From assembly GCA_964420965.1 (NCBI GenBank), contig CAYQUQ010000006.1, positions 1-50,846 of the forward strand: a DNA stretch of 50,846 bases. Direction: 5' to 3'. Made by a program: the position numbers and the translations under genes. Positions within the stretch are counted from its first letter, which is position 1; every line of letters begins with the position of its first letter. Source of the DNA: an uncultured Planctomycetia bacterium (lineage in GTDB: Bacteria > Omnitrophota > Gorgyraeia > Duberdicusellales > 4484-171). The notes below the pieces were generated by a model. The model ran no database searches. It had not been told where the DNA came from and was given only the letters and a program-made list of their open reading frames with translations. Below, piece after piece: positions 32,009 through 40,954 of this stretch.

Positions 32009-32010
32009 AA

Positions 32011-32910
32011 TTAAAATCTGGTCATTTGCTCATAGGCTGCGATCCGTTCCTGGATATCATCCCAGGTTATACTGGCCAGCCGCCTTAAGCTGAAATCTTC
32101 CACGGCAAAAGTAGCCATGACGCTCCCGCAGACCACAGCTTTTCTTAACACTGCCGGGTTGAATTCATCGGCTTTAGCCAGATAGCCTAAAAACCCGCCG
32201 GCAAAAGTATCTCCGGCTCCGGTTGGATCGCATACCGCTTCTAAAGAATAGGCCGGGGCGGTAAAAATACCTTCATCGGAAAACAGTAAAACTCCGTGTT
32301 CGCCTTTCTTTACTACCACTACTTTCGGGCCGAGGTTAAGTATCTGCCGGCCGGCCTCAATCAGGTTGGCTTCGCCGGTAAGCTGTTTTGCTTCTGACCC
32401 GTTAAGCAAAAATATATCTACTTTTTTCAAGAGCTTAAGCAGGGATTGTCTCTTTCCGGTTATCCAGTGATTCATGGTGTCACAGGCAATCAACTTCGGC
32501 TTTTCCACCTGGCTTAAAACATAATCCTGAAGGTCGGGGTCAATATTGGCTAAAAACACGTATTCACTACCTCTGTACTCCCGGGGTATTTGGGGATTAA
32601 AATCGGCAAAAACATTTAAATCGGTAGCCCGGGTCTGGGGATCCCCGAAATCAACTCCGTATTCCCCTTCCCAGTGAAAAGTCTTGCCCTTAACTATTTC
32701 CAACCCTCTTATATCTACTGCCTTCTCTTTAAAAAGATTTATGTATTCTTCGGGGAAATCCTCTCCGACTACCGCCACTAAATTTACGGGGCCAAAAAAA
32801 CTGGCCCCCAGGGAAAAGTAGGAAGCTGAGCCGCCCAAAATCCTGTTGACTTTTCCGGCCGGGGTGGTTATGGTATCAAAAGCTACCGAACCCACTACTA
32901 ATATACTCAT
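32011..32910 (-). CDS. PfkB-family carbohydrate/nucleoside kinase
   Basis: GSVAFD, GGSA, DPTGAGDTFAGG. Start moved to ATG 32910. Confidence 0.92.
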   Translation of the reverse strand: MSILVVGSVAFDTITTPAGKVNRILGGSASYFSLGASFFGPVNLVAVVGEDFPEEYINLFKEKAVDIRGLEIVKGKTFHWEGEYGVDFGDPQTRATDLNVFADFNPQIPREYRGSEYVFLANIDPDLQDYVLSQVEKPKLIACDTMNHWITGKRQSLLKLLKKVDIFLLNGSEAKQLTGEANLIEAGRQILNLGPKVVVVKKGEHGVLLFSDEGIFTAPAYSLEAVCDPTGAGDTFAGGFLGYLAKADEFNPAVLRKAVVCGSVMATFAVEDFSLRRLASITWDDIQERIAAYEQMTRF

Positions 32911-33000
32911 ACTCGCTTCGCTCGTACGCGGATACACGCGGATATCAACGCAGATTTACGCCTGGGCGTTTATCCGCGTTTCGATCCGCGGAAATCCGCT
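32911..33000. repeat. Inverted array of 9-10-nt repeats (acgcggat family)
   Basis: acgcggatac acgcggatat caacgcagattt ... tatccgcgtt tcgatccgcg gaaatccgc. Fragments recur at about 12280-12312. Confidence 0.7.
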
Positions 33001-33001
33001 T

Positions 33002-33868
33002 CTATAAATATTTTCCGATAAGAATATCCAGCTTCTTTTTGGTTTCTTCGGGGATGAATTCCGGACGCGTGACTATCGCGTATTTTAAGGCCTCGTTACA
33101 AGCGCAAGTCCGCTCCTGGTCCGCCAGGCCGACGAGCTCCCTTAAGACCTTCCTTGAATTTTCAACGTTTTTATTGAGATTGCTTAAAATCGTTTCTACC
33201 GTAACGCTGTCGTGCTCGGGGTGCCAGCAGTCATAATCGGTAACCGCGGCTAAACTGGCATAACACATCTCGGCCTCCCGGGCCAGTTTTGCCTCCACCA
33301 TATTAGTCATACCGATAATGTCCATCCCCCAGCTGCGATAGAGATTGGATTCGGCCAGAGTGGAAAACTGAGGCCCCTCCATATTGATGTAGGTACCCCC
33401 GTAATGAACATTTGCCCCGGCCGCTTCCGCGGCTTTTTGAACCATCTGGGCTAAACCCGGGCAAACCGGACGGGCAAAACCGGCATGGACTACCACGCCT
33501 TCTTCAAAAAAGGTACTGGCGCGGCCGCGGGTTCTATCCACAAATTGAGTCGGTATCACAAAGTCTAACGGCTTAAACTCTTCTTTTAGAGAGCCGCAGG
33601 CCGAAATAGAAAGTATCCGCTCTACGCCTAATTTCTTCAGCCCAAAAATATTGGCCCGATAATTAACCCTGGTGGGGTTAATCTGATGGTGCGCTCCGTG
33701 ACGAGGCAGAAAAACTATTTCCCGGCCTTCCAGTTTGCAAACCACCAGCTTTCCCGAAGGGGCCCCGAAAGGGGTATCCACCGAAATCTCTTCCAGCTTT
33801 TCGATCCCCTCTAAATTATAAAGACCGCTGCCCCCGATAATACCGATTTTAACCTCAGGTTTCTGCAT
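33002..33868 (-). CDS. mtnP: 5'-methylthioadenosine phosphorylase
   Basis: IGIIGGSG, LPRHG, EGPQFST, IGMT, VTDYDCW. Confidence 0.95.
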   Translation of the reverse strand: MQKPEVKIGIIGGSGLYNLEGIEKLEEISVDTPFGAPSGKLVVCKLEGREIVFLPRHGAHHQINPTRVNYRANIFGLKKLGVERILSISACGSLKEEFKPLDFVIPTQFVDRTRGRASTFFEEGVVVHAGFARPVCPGLAQMVQKAAEAAGANVHYGGTYINMEGPQFSTLAESNLYRSWGMDIIGMTNMVEAKLAREAEMCYASLAAVTDYDCWHPEHDSVTVETILSNLNKNVENSRKVLRELVGLADQERTCACNEALKYAIVTRPEFIPEETKKKLDILIGKYL

Positions 33869-33871
33869 TTT

Positions 33872-34708
33872 TCACTCCTTCCGGCTTAATTCTCTGCCTC
33901 TCTCTAAAGCGGCCCCTACCGCTTCAATGAGAGAACCACCTTGATGCAATACCTTTAAAGCCGCTTCCGTGGTTCCGCCCTTAGAAACGATCTGACGCTT
34001 AAGTTCTGAAGGCGACAACTTTTGCGCTTCCAACATGGCTAACGAACCGGCCACGGTAGTTTCAACCAGTAATTCGGCCTGGCTCTCCTCAAACCCTAAG
34101 GAGAGTGCTGCTTCCTTAAAGGCGCTGACGAAGCTTTTCAGCTTGGCGCAAGAAGCATCTTTATAATCCATACTTAAGGATTCTATAAAGTCATAAACAT
34201 ACCCCGGGCCGCTTCCGGATACGGCCGTGGCCGCGTCCATCATCGCTTCATCTAAAATAAGCGTCTTGCCCACGCGTTGGAATAACTCTTCGGCCAGCTC
34301 TAAATCCCGGGAACGGGCCAAGCTGCCCCGGCATAAACAAGACATGCCCCGGCCGATTTTTGCCGGCATATTAGGCATTACCCTTACCACCCTGGCTTTT
34401 CCTAAATTTCTTTCGATATAAGTGGTGGGTATACCGGCAGCTATGGAGATAAGTAACTTGCTATCGGTGCTGCCCCGGATCTGACCCAGAACAGAATCAA
34501 AATCCTGAGGTTTAACGGCCAGCAAAACCACATCGGCCCGGCTTAAGAGTTCCTTTGAATCCTGAGCGGCATTTATACCTTCAACGCTTTTAGTCTTGCT
34601 GGCATCCTGATCAAAAGCCCATATAGCATAGTCGGCTTTAAGCTGTTCGGCTAAAGCCCGCCCCATATTCCCTAATCCAATAATACTTATACTTAATTTA
34701 TTATTCAT
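33872..34708 (-). CDS. proC: Pyrroline-5-carboxylate reductase
   Basis: GLGNMG, LAVKPQ, RVMPN, SGSGPGY, SKGGTT. Confidence 0.95.
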   Translation of the reverse strand: MNNKLSISIIGLGNMGRALAEQLKADYAIWAFDQDASKTKSVEGINAAQDSKELLSRADVVLLAVKPQDFDSVLGQIRGSTDSKLLISIAAGIPTTYIERNLGKARVVRVMPNMPAKIGRGMSCLCRGSLARSRDLELAEELFQRVGKTLILDEAMMDAATAVSGSGPGYVYDFIESLSMDYKDASCAKLKSFVSAFKEAALSLGFEESQAELLVETTVAGSLAMLEAQKLSPSELKRQIVSKGGTTEAALKVLHQGGSLIEAVGAALERGRELSRKE

Positions 34709-34720
34709 TGCGGAGGGTAA

Positions 34721-34752
34721 ACCCCGTTAGAAAAAGTATTTTCTAACGGGGT
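34721..34752. repeat. ACCCCGTTAGAAA palindrome (copy 1) in the proC leader
   Basis: accccgttagaaaa-agta-ttttctaacggggt; same arms at 48367-48396; just downstream of a TTGACA-17-TATTTT promoter. Confidence 0.8.
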
Positions 34753-34781
34753 AAAATATCACAAAAAAAGAGGGGTGTCAA

Positions 34782-36752
34782 TCATTTCGCGAATTGGCGG
34801 GAGAGAGATTTCAGGAGCTCTGCGGCGGTGGTAAACTTTACCCCTTTCTTTTTCCAGAGGCTGAAAAGCTTGCGCTTCTTTGCCGGCCAGATTTCTTTTA
34901 TGGCATCTTCAACCACCACCACCGAGAATTCTTCGGCGATGAGCTTCTCCACCGCTTCCTTGATGCAGTACTCGGTAACCAGGCCATAAACGTAAATCCG
35001 GTCCGGGAATATGGCCTCCAAAAGATTGTAGGCATTGGGGTTGGAAAATAAGTTTATCACATCCTTTTCAAAAATCACCTGCGGGTAGCTGGCGATGATT
35101 TTTTTAAGCTCCCGGAGAGAGTAGGCCTTATTCAAGCTCAAAATCTTATACCGGTCTAGGACAGTACCTTCGATTTTTCGATGACCCTCTGAACCCTTTA
35201 GGCAGTGCGACCCGAACTCGTTAAATTCAGGATCGTCTTTAGCGTGGGAATCCTGAGAGGAAACTATAAGAATGTTATGCTTGCGAGCAAAACCGGTAAG
35301 TTTCTTAAAGTTTCGCTTTAATTTTTCCGCCCCTCTGACATACAGAGCACCCTTTTCTTCCACAAAGTCAAACTGCGTATCGATATCCATAAAGATAATT
35401 TTCTCCGAGGTGCGGCGCTTAATTTGGCTCTTAAGTTTTCTGGTAAGGGCCAGTAAACGCGGGCTCACCTCCACCGGGAATCGACAGCTGACCTGGGGAT
35501 TCCGCAATGGCCGGGGTAAGTGTTTTATTTTTTTAAGAAAACGGTCTCTTTTTTGGGTAAGGCTGGACTCCTTATACAGACGCCTTCCGTCCTGCATTAA
35601 TTTCTTAAGGAGTTTCTTGCCGGAAATTTTCTCTTTATCTAACCCGATACAATCCTTGACCATAAAACCCTCTGCCCCCCGGGTACGAAACACCTGCTTT
35701 CGGGAAGGAAGGGTAGTTTTGGCCTCGCTTAATTTCATAGTGGGAATAAAATCCCGGGTATTATGCTTTATCTCGACCAGCTTATATATGGTATCGCAAT
35801 AAGGGGCGTCCTCGGAGCACCCCATACGCGTACCCACCCCGAAAGCATCGATCGGGGCCCTGGCTTTAATCAGTTCTTGGATCTTGTACTCATCCAGATC
35901 TCCGGAGGCAAAAATGGATATACCCCTTAACCCTTCCTTATCCAGGAATCTGCGGGCTTTTTTGGCGTCGGAAATTAAATTCCCGCTGTCTAAGCGTATC
36001 CCTAAAATATTAATCCCTTTTTTCCGTAAAAAACGGGCTACCTTTATTGCCGAGCCGACCCCTTCTTTTACATCGTAAGTGTCCACGAGGAGTATCGATT
36101 TTTGGGGAAAGGTTTTGGCGAAACTTAAAAAGCTATCGATCTCGCGGTAAAAACTCATCACGAAAGAATGGGCCATGGTTCCGGCGACGGGTATTTTATA
36201 CAGATACCCGGCATAGACATTGGAAGTCCCCTTTGCTCCGGACAGGTATGAATATTTAGCCGCGGCCAAGGCGGCGTCAAAACCCTGAGTCCGGCGTAAA
36301 GAAAAATCATAAACTCCCCTTTCCTTAGCGGCCAGCACCACCCGGGTAGCCTTGGTGGCCAAGGTTGTGGCCAGATTAATTTTATTCAGCACCGCGCTTT
36401 CGATAATTTGAGTCTCGATCAATTTCCCGCTGATTCTTAAAATCGGCTCGGAGGCAAAAACTATTTCCGGCTCTTCCACCCCCCAGACTTCGCCGCCGAA
36501 CTTAAACTTCTTCAGATATTCTAAAAATTCATCTTCGAATAAATTCAAACTTTTCAAGTAATTCAGATCATCCTTATTGAACCTTAAAGAGCTAAGGTAG
36601 TCTAAAATCTCGCCGACTCCGCCGGCAATGTAAAAAGGACGGCGCCGGGAACGGATAAAAAGGTCAAAAGTAGCCTCGACGGCCCGCTTGTATTTGAAGT
36701 AAACCTGGGCCATGGTTAATTCGTACAAATCAACCAGAAGGGCCTTATTCAT
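34782..36752 (-). CDS. pncB: Nicotinate phosphoribosyltransferase fused to a C-terminal nicotinamidase (PncA-like) domain
   Basis: DLYELTM, GTMAHS, LVDTYD, RLDSG, FGVGT; then DIDTQFDF, GALYV, QDSH, HC, K, GLVTEYC. Confidence 0.92.
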   Translation of the reverse strand: MNKALLVDLYELTMAQVYFKYKRAVEATFDLFIRSRRRPFYIAGGVGEILDYLSSLRFNKDDLNYLKSLNLFEDEFLEYLKKFKFGGEVWGVEEPEIVFASEPILRISGKLIETQIIESAVLNKINLATTLATKATRVVLAAKERGVYDFSLRRTQGFDAALAAAKYSYLSGAKGTSNVYAGYLYKIPVAGTMAHSFVMSFYREIDSFLSFAKTFPQKSILLVDTYDVKEGVGSAIKVARFLRKKGINILGIRLDSGNLISDAKKARRFLDKEGLRGISIFASGDLDEYKIQELIKARAPIDAFGVGTRMGCSEDAPYCDTIYKLVEIKHNTRDFIPTMKLSEAKTTLPSRKQVFRTRGAEGFMVKDCIGLDKEKISGKKLLKKLMQDGRRLYKESSLTQKRDRFLKKIKHLPRPLRNPQVSCRFPVEVSPRLLALTRKLKSQIKRRTSEKIIFMDIDTQFDFVEEKGALYVRGAEKLKRNFKKLTGFARKHNILIVSSQDSHAKDDPEFNEFGSHCLKGSEGHRKIEGTVLDRYKILSLNKAYSLRELKKIIASYPQVIFEKDVINLFSNPNAYNLLEAIFPDRIYVYGLVTEYCIKEAVEKLIAEEFSVVVVEDAIKEIWPAKKRKLFSLWKKKGVKFTTAAELLKSLSRQFAK

Positions 36753-37197
36753 TTTCGTAGACGGTTCTTAACACCTCGTCGTCAAGAAAAAAAGATTGGT
36801 AGACCGGTTGGCCGTCTTTGAAGAAAAGAAAGGTAGGTATCGCGATTACCGAAAACTCTCTGCTTAAATAAGCGTCTTTGTCTAAGATAATCTTTTCGCG
36901 GACACAGCTTCTGATATTTTCCAGCTCCGCAAACTTCTTTACCAGTGACTCTTTTTGAGCCACATTTACAAAATAAACATCCACGCCCTCTAAAAATATG
37001 CACTTTTTACTTAAGCGCTCCAACTCCTCCCGACAGTACGGACACCAGGTTGTCCAGAGAAATAATACCGTCTTCGAGGCTGAAACCAACTCCTTATATG
37101 ATAAGGTATTGCCCTCTAAGGAGCTGAACTTTTTTTCCGCCGCCAAGGCCAGCGGCGCGCAGGAAATCAGCAGCAGGATTATAATTAGCTTCTTCAT
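36745..37197 (-). CDS. Exported TlpA/ResA-like thioredoxin
   Basis: Signal peptide, WTTWCPYC, IPTF. Confidence 0.88.
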   Translation of the reverse strand: MKKLIIILLLISCAPLALAAEKKFSSLEGNTLSYKELVSASKTVLFLWTTWCPYCREELERLSKKCIFLEGVDVYFVNVAQKESLVKKFAELENIRSCVREKIILDKDAYLSREFSVIAIPTFLFFKDGQPVYQSFFLDDEVLRTVYENE

Positions 37198-37898
37198 AGC
37201 AGGTTTATAAATTTAAATAAAAAATATCCGGCCATGGCCAGGAATATTAATCCGATGACCTTTCTAACAATTATAAGCCATAAACCCTGCTTTGGCAACC
37301 GCCTAATTAAAGAAGTGAATGTCCCCAGAATGATTAAGATTGTCCCGTAACCCAGGGAAAAAATAAAAAGGGCAATCCCTCCGTAAAGAATATTTTTCTT
37401 CAAGGCGATGATGCTTAAAATCGCGCCTAAAACCGGGAAATTACAGGGTATAAGCGCCAGGCCGCTGACAGCCCCGAGGATAAAAATAGAAAAAAGCTCT
37501 TTTTTCCGGCTGCACTCGTAATTAAAAGTGAAAAAAGGTATGTTGATTTTAATCTCGAAAAGCAAAACCACGCCGAGGAAGGAAAAAATCAGGACCAAAG
37601 CTAAATAGGTTACGGGGTTAATGAAAAAATTGCCCAAAAGCATCCCCAGTAACGACGAGGCTATTCCCAAACAGGTATAAATAAAAGCCACCCCGAGCAC
37701 GAAAGTCAAGCTGATGGTAAAGCCTCTGAGCTTGGTGGTGGCGTTCTCAATCCCGGCAATACCTAAAGTTATCGGAATCAGCGGGTAAATACAGGGGGAA
37801 AAACTAACCAGAATTCCGGCCAAAAAGCTGGCCCCCAGCCCTAAGAACGGGGAGGAATTAAAAACCTTTTCTAAACCGATCAGGATATTTTCAAACAT
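37194..37898 (-). CDS. CcdA/DsbD-like transmembrane electron transporter
   Basis: SFSPCIYPLIP and IPCNFP motifs in a six-TM protein. Confidence 0.9.
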   Translation of the reverse strand: MFENILIGLEKVFNSSPFLGLGASFLAGILVSFSPCIYPLIPITLGIAGIENATTKLRGFTISLTFVLGVAFIYTCLGIASSLLGMLLGNFFINPVTYLALVLIFSFLGVVLLFEIKINIPFFTFNYECSRKKELFSIFILGAVSGLALIPCNFPVLGAILSIIALKKNILYGGIALFIFSLGYGTILIILGTFTSLIRRLPKQGLWLIIVRKVIGLIFLAMAGYFLFKFINLL

Positions 37899-38202
37899 CT
37901 ACTTCGCTCTTAAGCCACTGTAAATATTCTTTACTGATTTTACCAATCTCCAAAGCAATTATTTCCGGAACCGCATAGGGATGGTTGTCTTTAATCAGCT
38001 CCTCCAACCTCGAGAAAACTTCCGGCCTGGTTTTAATAACCATAAGAGATTCCTCTTCGGTATCGATTTTGCCCTCCCACCAGAAGAGGGATTTAACTGC
38101 CGGGAGAATATTAACGCAGGCGCAGGCTCTGGCTTTGAGGATTACCTTGGCCAACTTTTCCGCTTTATCTTGAGGGATTGTAACCAGGACTACAATTGCC
38201 AT
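37891..38202 (-). CDS. cutA: CutA divalent-cation tolerance protein
   Basis: ACVNI, WWEGKI, HPYAVPEII. Confidence 0.95.
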   Translation of the reverse strand: MAIVVLVTIPQDKAEKLAKVILKARACACVNILPAVKSLFWWEGKIDTEEESLMVIKTRPEVFSRLEELIKDNHPYAVPEIIALEIGKISKEYLQWLKSEVDV

Positions 38203-38226
38203 TTTCTTCCTCCTGTCCTTAATGTT

Positions 38227-38697
38227 CTATTTAATCCTCTTCAGTAGCTTAACTAAGCGTTGGGACAGACGCCGGCAATTATCCTCGCAACGCGAATCCA
38301 CTTTTCCTACGGCTACCGGGCCGTAGTGGTCACCTTGGGGATCACCCTGAATAACCATGCCGTGGATAAGCATGGCTTCTAAAATACTCAAGACGGTGGT
38401 TTCGTTCCCTCCGGCTACGTTGGCGGCGGAAGAAAAAGCGGCCCCGGCTTTACCGTCGAGTTCGCCGTGAAAAGCCACGCTCTCATCCAACAATTGCTTT
38501 ACTTCGGCGGCCAGAGTTCCGTAATAAGTGGGCGAACCGATAACGATGCCGTCATATTCCAGCAACTGCTTCGGCTTTACCTCGCCTACCGAAAACAAAT
38601 CGCAATCCGCCCCTTGAGTTTTAACTTCTCCGGCAATGACCTCGGCCATTTTTTTAGTCGTCCCGCCCCGGGAATAGTAAATAACTACTACTTTCAT
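38227..38697 (-). CDS. Flavodoxin/WrbA-like flavoprotein
   Basis: YYSRGGTTKKMA, GSPTYYG, GGNET. Confidence 0.9.
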   Translation of the reverse strand: MKVVVIYYSRGGTTKKMAEVIAGEVKTQGADCDLFSVGEVKPKQLLEYDGIVIGSPTYYGTLAAEVKQLLDESVAFHGELDGKAGAAFSSAANVAGGNETTVLSILEAMLIHGMVIQGDPQGDHYGPVAVGKVDSRCEDNCRRLSQRLVKLLKRIK

Positions 38698-38707
38698 TCA
38701 GACCTCC

Positions 38708-38890
38708 TTCAGTGAGCAGATACGTTATGAAAATCTTTGATTTTCATAACGTATAGCCCGGCGATTATGCTTGAGGCGTCTGCGAACTGAACCCCCACAC
38801 CAATTGGTTGGTTTTCTTTAGTTACCCCCAATTGGTGTGGGGGTCAAATTCGGACAGGTAATTTTGCTGCGCTGCCGCTTGCAAAATTAC
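38708..38890. repeat. Cluster of three adjacent/nested hairpins
   Basis: 16-bp arms 38720-38754 inside an outer ttcagt..gcaga/tctgc..actgaa stem; 17-bp arms 38791-38844; 10-bp arms 38858-38890. Confidence 0.8.
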
Positions 38891-39975
38891 GTCCTCATTT
38901 GATAAAAATCATGCAGCCTTCTCAATGCCTTTACCTTATCCGTACGTTCTATTTTAGCTTTATTAATCATTTTCTCAAGTATATTTATTGAAACCTGGTA
39001 GTGATCTAAGTTAATCTTATAGGGGTAGCCGTCTTTTCCACCGTGAGCGAAGCTGAACCGGGCCGGATCGCGGAAAGAAAGGGGCTTACCGTAAATAAGG
39101 TCACCGATCAAAGCCAGGGCCCTTAAAGTCTTAGCCCCCACCCCTTCCGAGGCCAGCAGAGACTCGAAACTCTTAGGTTTTCGCGCGTAGGTTTTTAAGA
39201 AAATTCTCTCCAGATACCGGGGATTAACATCCCGGATAAGCACCTGATGCCGGCGGGGTAATTTACGCACACTACCGGTCAAAGAAGTGATTTCCCGTAA
39301 ATTAGCCTCGGCTTTGCGGCCGGCTAAAACAGCGATTAAGTCTCTCAAGGGCCCGATTTCTTTATCCACCAGATTCAAAGTTAAAAGGCTCTTATCGGAA
39401 GCTATGGCTTTATGCGGATCGGTAACGAATGAAGCTAACTCCTGGGAATGCCAGTGGTACCGTCTAGACCAGCCGGAATCGCCGCTGCTCATCCCCTGCT
39501 GGATGACCGTCCAGTTTAAATCTGAGGTAAAAATAAAGGTGTGATGGTACAAAGTAAAGCCATCCTGAAGGGCGTTGCTGTCTACCTTTGCGGTGAGGCG
39601 GGAAGCGTAAATTAAATCTTGAGGGTCAAAAGATAAAATATCGGCTACCTGCTCGATTTCGGAAGGAGTTTTGCGGGAAGTCTTTCCTTTTCCGCCGCAA
39701 AAATAGATTCCGTATCCGGGCAAGCCGCTAAACGCTTCTTTGAGGGCACCGCAGACAGTTGTAGTCAAGCCCGATGAGTGCCAGTCGAAACCCAGAACGC
39801 ACCCCAAAGACTGAAACCACAGGGGAGAAGAAAGCTGTTTTAAAAAATACTCCCGGCCGGATTCAATGATGATGGCTTCGGCTATACATCGCCCCAGAGA
39901 AACCATCTTTTCAAATAACCAACGCGGGGCCTTGCCGGTATGCAGAGGCAGGTCTAACTGGCCAGTCTTTCTCAT
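38887..39975 (-). CDS. DUF763 family protein
   Basis: LPLHTGKAPRWL, DWHSSGLTT, AKVDSNALQDG, FAHGGKDG. Confidence 0.9.
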   Translation of the reverse strand: MRKTGQLDLPLHTGKAPRWLFEKMVSLGRCIAEAIIIESGREYFLKQLSSPLWFQSLGCVLGFDWHSSGLTTTVCGALKEAFSGLPGYGIYFCGGKGKTSRKTPSEIEQVADILSFDPQDLIYASRLTAKVDSNALQDGFTLYHHTFIFTSDLNWTVIQQGMSSGDSGWSRRYHWHSQELASFVTDPHKAIASDKSLLTLNLVDKEIGPLRDLIAVLAGRKAEANLREITSLTGSVRKLPRRHQVLIRDVNPRYLERIFLKTYARKPKSFESLLASEGVGAKTLRALALIGDLIYGKPLSFRDPARFSFAHGGKDGYPYKINLDHYQVSINILEKMINKAKIERTDKVKALRRLHDFYQMRT

Positions 39976-39983
39976 TGTGACTG

Positions 39984-40125
39984 GAAGAATGCGCCCGACT
40001 CTACTTCGCCCTTTGAATCTGTCTCTATAAGCTTTGATGGGCTTCGTAGGAGCTTGGGCGCTGATTCCTTCGTAGCCCGCCAGACCGATTAAGTCTTATT
40101 CCAAGGGCGAAGAAGAATGCGCCCG
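39984..40125. mobile_element. MITE-like palindromic element at the tRNA-Arg 3' end with a 14-bp direct repeat
   Basis: gaagaatgcgcccg at 39984-39997 and 40112-40125; terminal IR cttcgccctt/aagggcgaag. Confidence 0.6.
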
Positions 40126-40191
40126 GGGTGAGTCGAACACCCAACCTTCTGGTCCGTAGCCAGACGCTCTGTCCAATTGAGCTACGGGCGC
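40118..40191 (-). tRNA. tRNA-Arg(ACG)
   Basis: GCGCCCG TAGCTCAATTGGACAGAGC...TCTGG-CTACGGA-CCAGA...GTTCGAC...CGGGCGC A; CCA not encoded. Confidence 0.96.
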
Positions 40192-40196
40192 TTATT

Positions 40197-40568
40197 TTAT
40201 CGGCAAATCAAATCCAAAGCTATTTTTAAATCGGCCTGGGTATCGACATAGGGGCTCATTTTAGGGATAAAAGCCGCAATCCCTAACCCCTTACCCCCTT
40301 CTACCGCTTTAATGCTGGGGTGGGCGGTAAACATTACCGCGGGTACGTTGGCGTCTATTTTCCTAATTTTTCTGAGCAGCTCTACCCCGTCGATATCCGG
40401 CATTAAATAATCCAGAACCAAAGCATTGACATCCCCGTTTCTTACGCACTCCATGGCTTCATCGGCCGAGGCGGCAGTTTCCACCTCGTACCCCCAGGAT
40501 TCGACTACCCGGCTCATCAGCGTTAAAAAATCTGTCTCGTCATCTACTAGCAGTACTTTTTTATCCAT
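40197..40568 (-). CDS. Stand-alone response regulator receiver
   Basis: VLLVDDE, LDYLMP, FTA, IPK. Confidence 0.9.
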   Translation of the reverse strand: MDKKVLLVDDETDFLTLMSRVVESWGYEVETAASADEAMECVRNGDVNALVLDYLMPDIDGVELLRKIRKIDANVPAVMFTAHPSIKAVEGGKGLGIAAFIPKMSPYVDTQADLKIALDLICR

Positions 40569-40596
40569 TGCCCTACCTCCGTCAATTATTGCAACT

Positions 40597-40953
40597 TTAA
40601 AATTCTTCCGCTTTCTTCAGCAACTCCTGGTAGTCGAACGGCTTTAAAATATAACCCTGGGCTTTGCACTCTTTTACTTTTTCGTCGATTCTGTCCGAGC
40701 TGGCCGTTAATATAATAATGGGTATATTCTTTAACTTGCTGTCGGATTTAAGCCGCTTAGCCACTTCAGTTCCATCCATAACCGGCATTAATAAATCCAG
40801 GATTATTAAATCGGGGGTTTCTTTTTGGGTTAAATCCAACCCTTCCCGGCCGTTTAAAGCGCATAAAACAGTATATCCTTTCTTGCGCAGTATGAATGCA
40901 ACCATTTTAAGGACATCTTCTTCGTCGTCAACTACTAAAATTTTCTTTACCAT
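40597..40953 (-). CDS. Stand-alone response regulator receiver
   Basis: ILVVDDE, LDLLMPVMDG, LTAS, KPF. Confidence 0.93.
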   Translation of the reverse strand: MVKKILVVDDEEDVLKMVAFILRKKGYTVLCALNGREGLDLTQKETPDLIILDLLMPVMDGTEVAKRLKSDSKLKNIPIIILTASSDRIDEKVKECKAQGYILKPFDYQELLKKAEEF

Positions 40954-40954
40954 C

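Noticed and set aside
32911-33000. CRISPR array (also considered for the 16002-16110 repeats)
   Set aside because: Units are 7-10 nt with no unique spacers and no cas genes.
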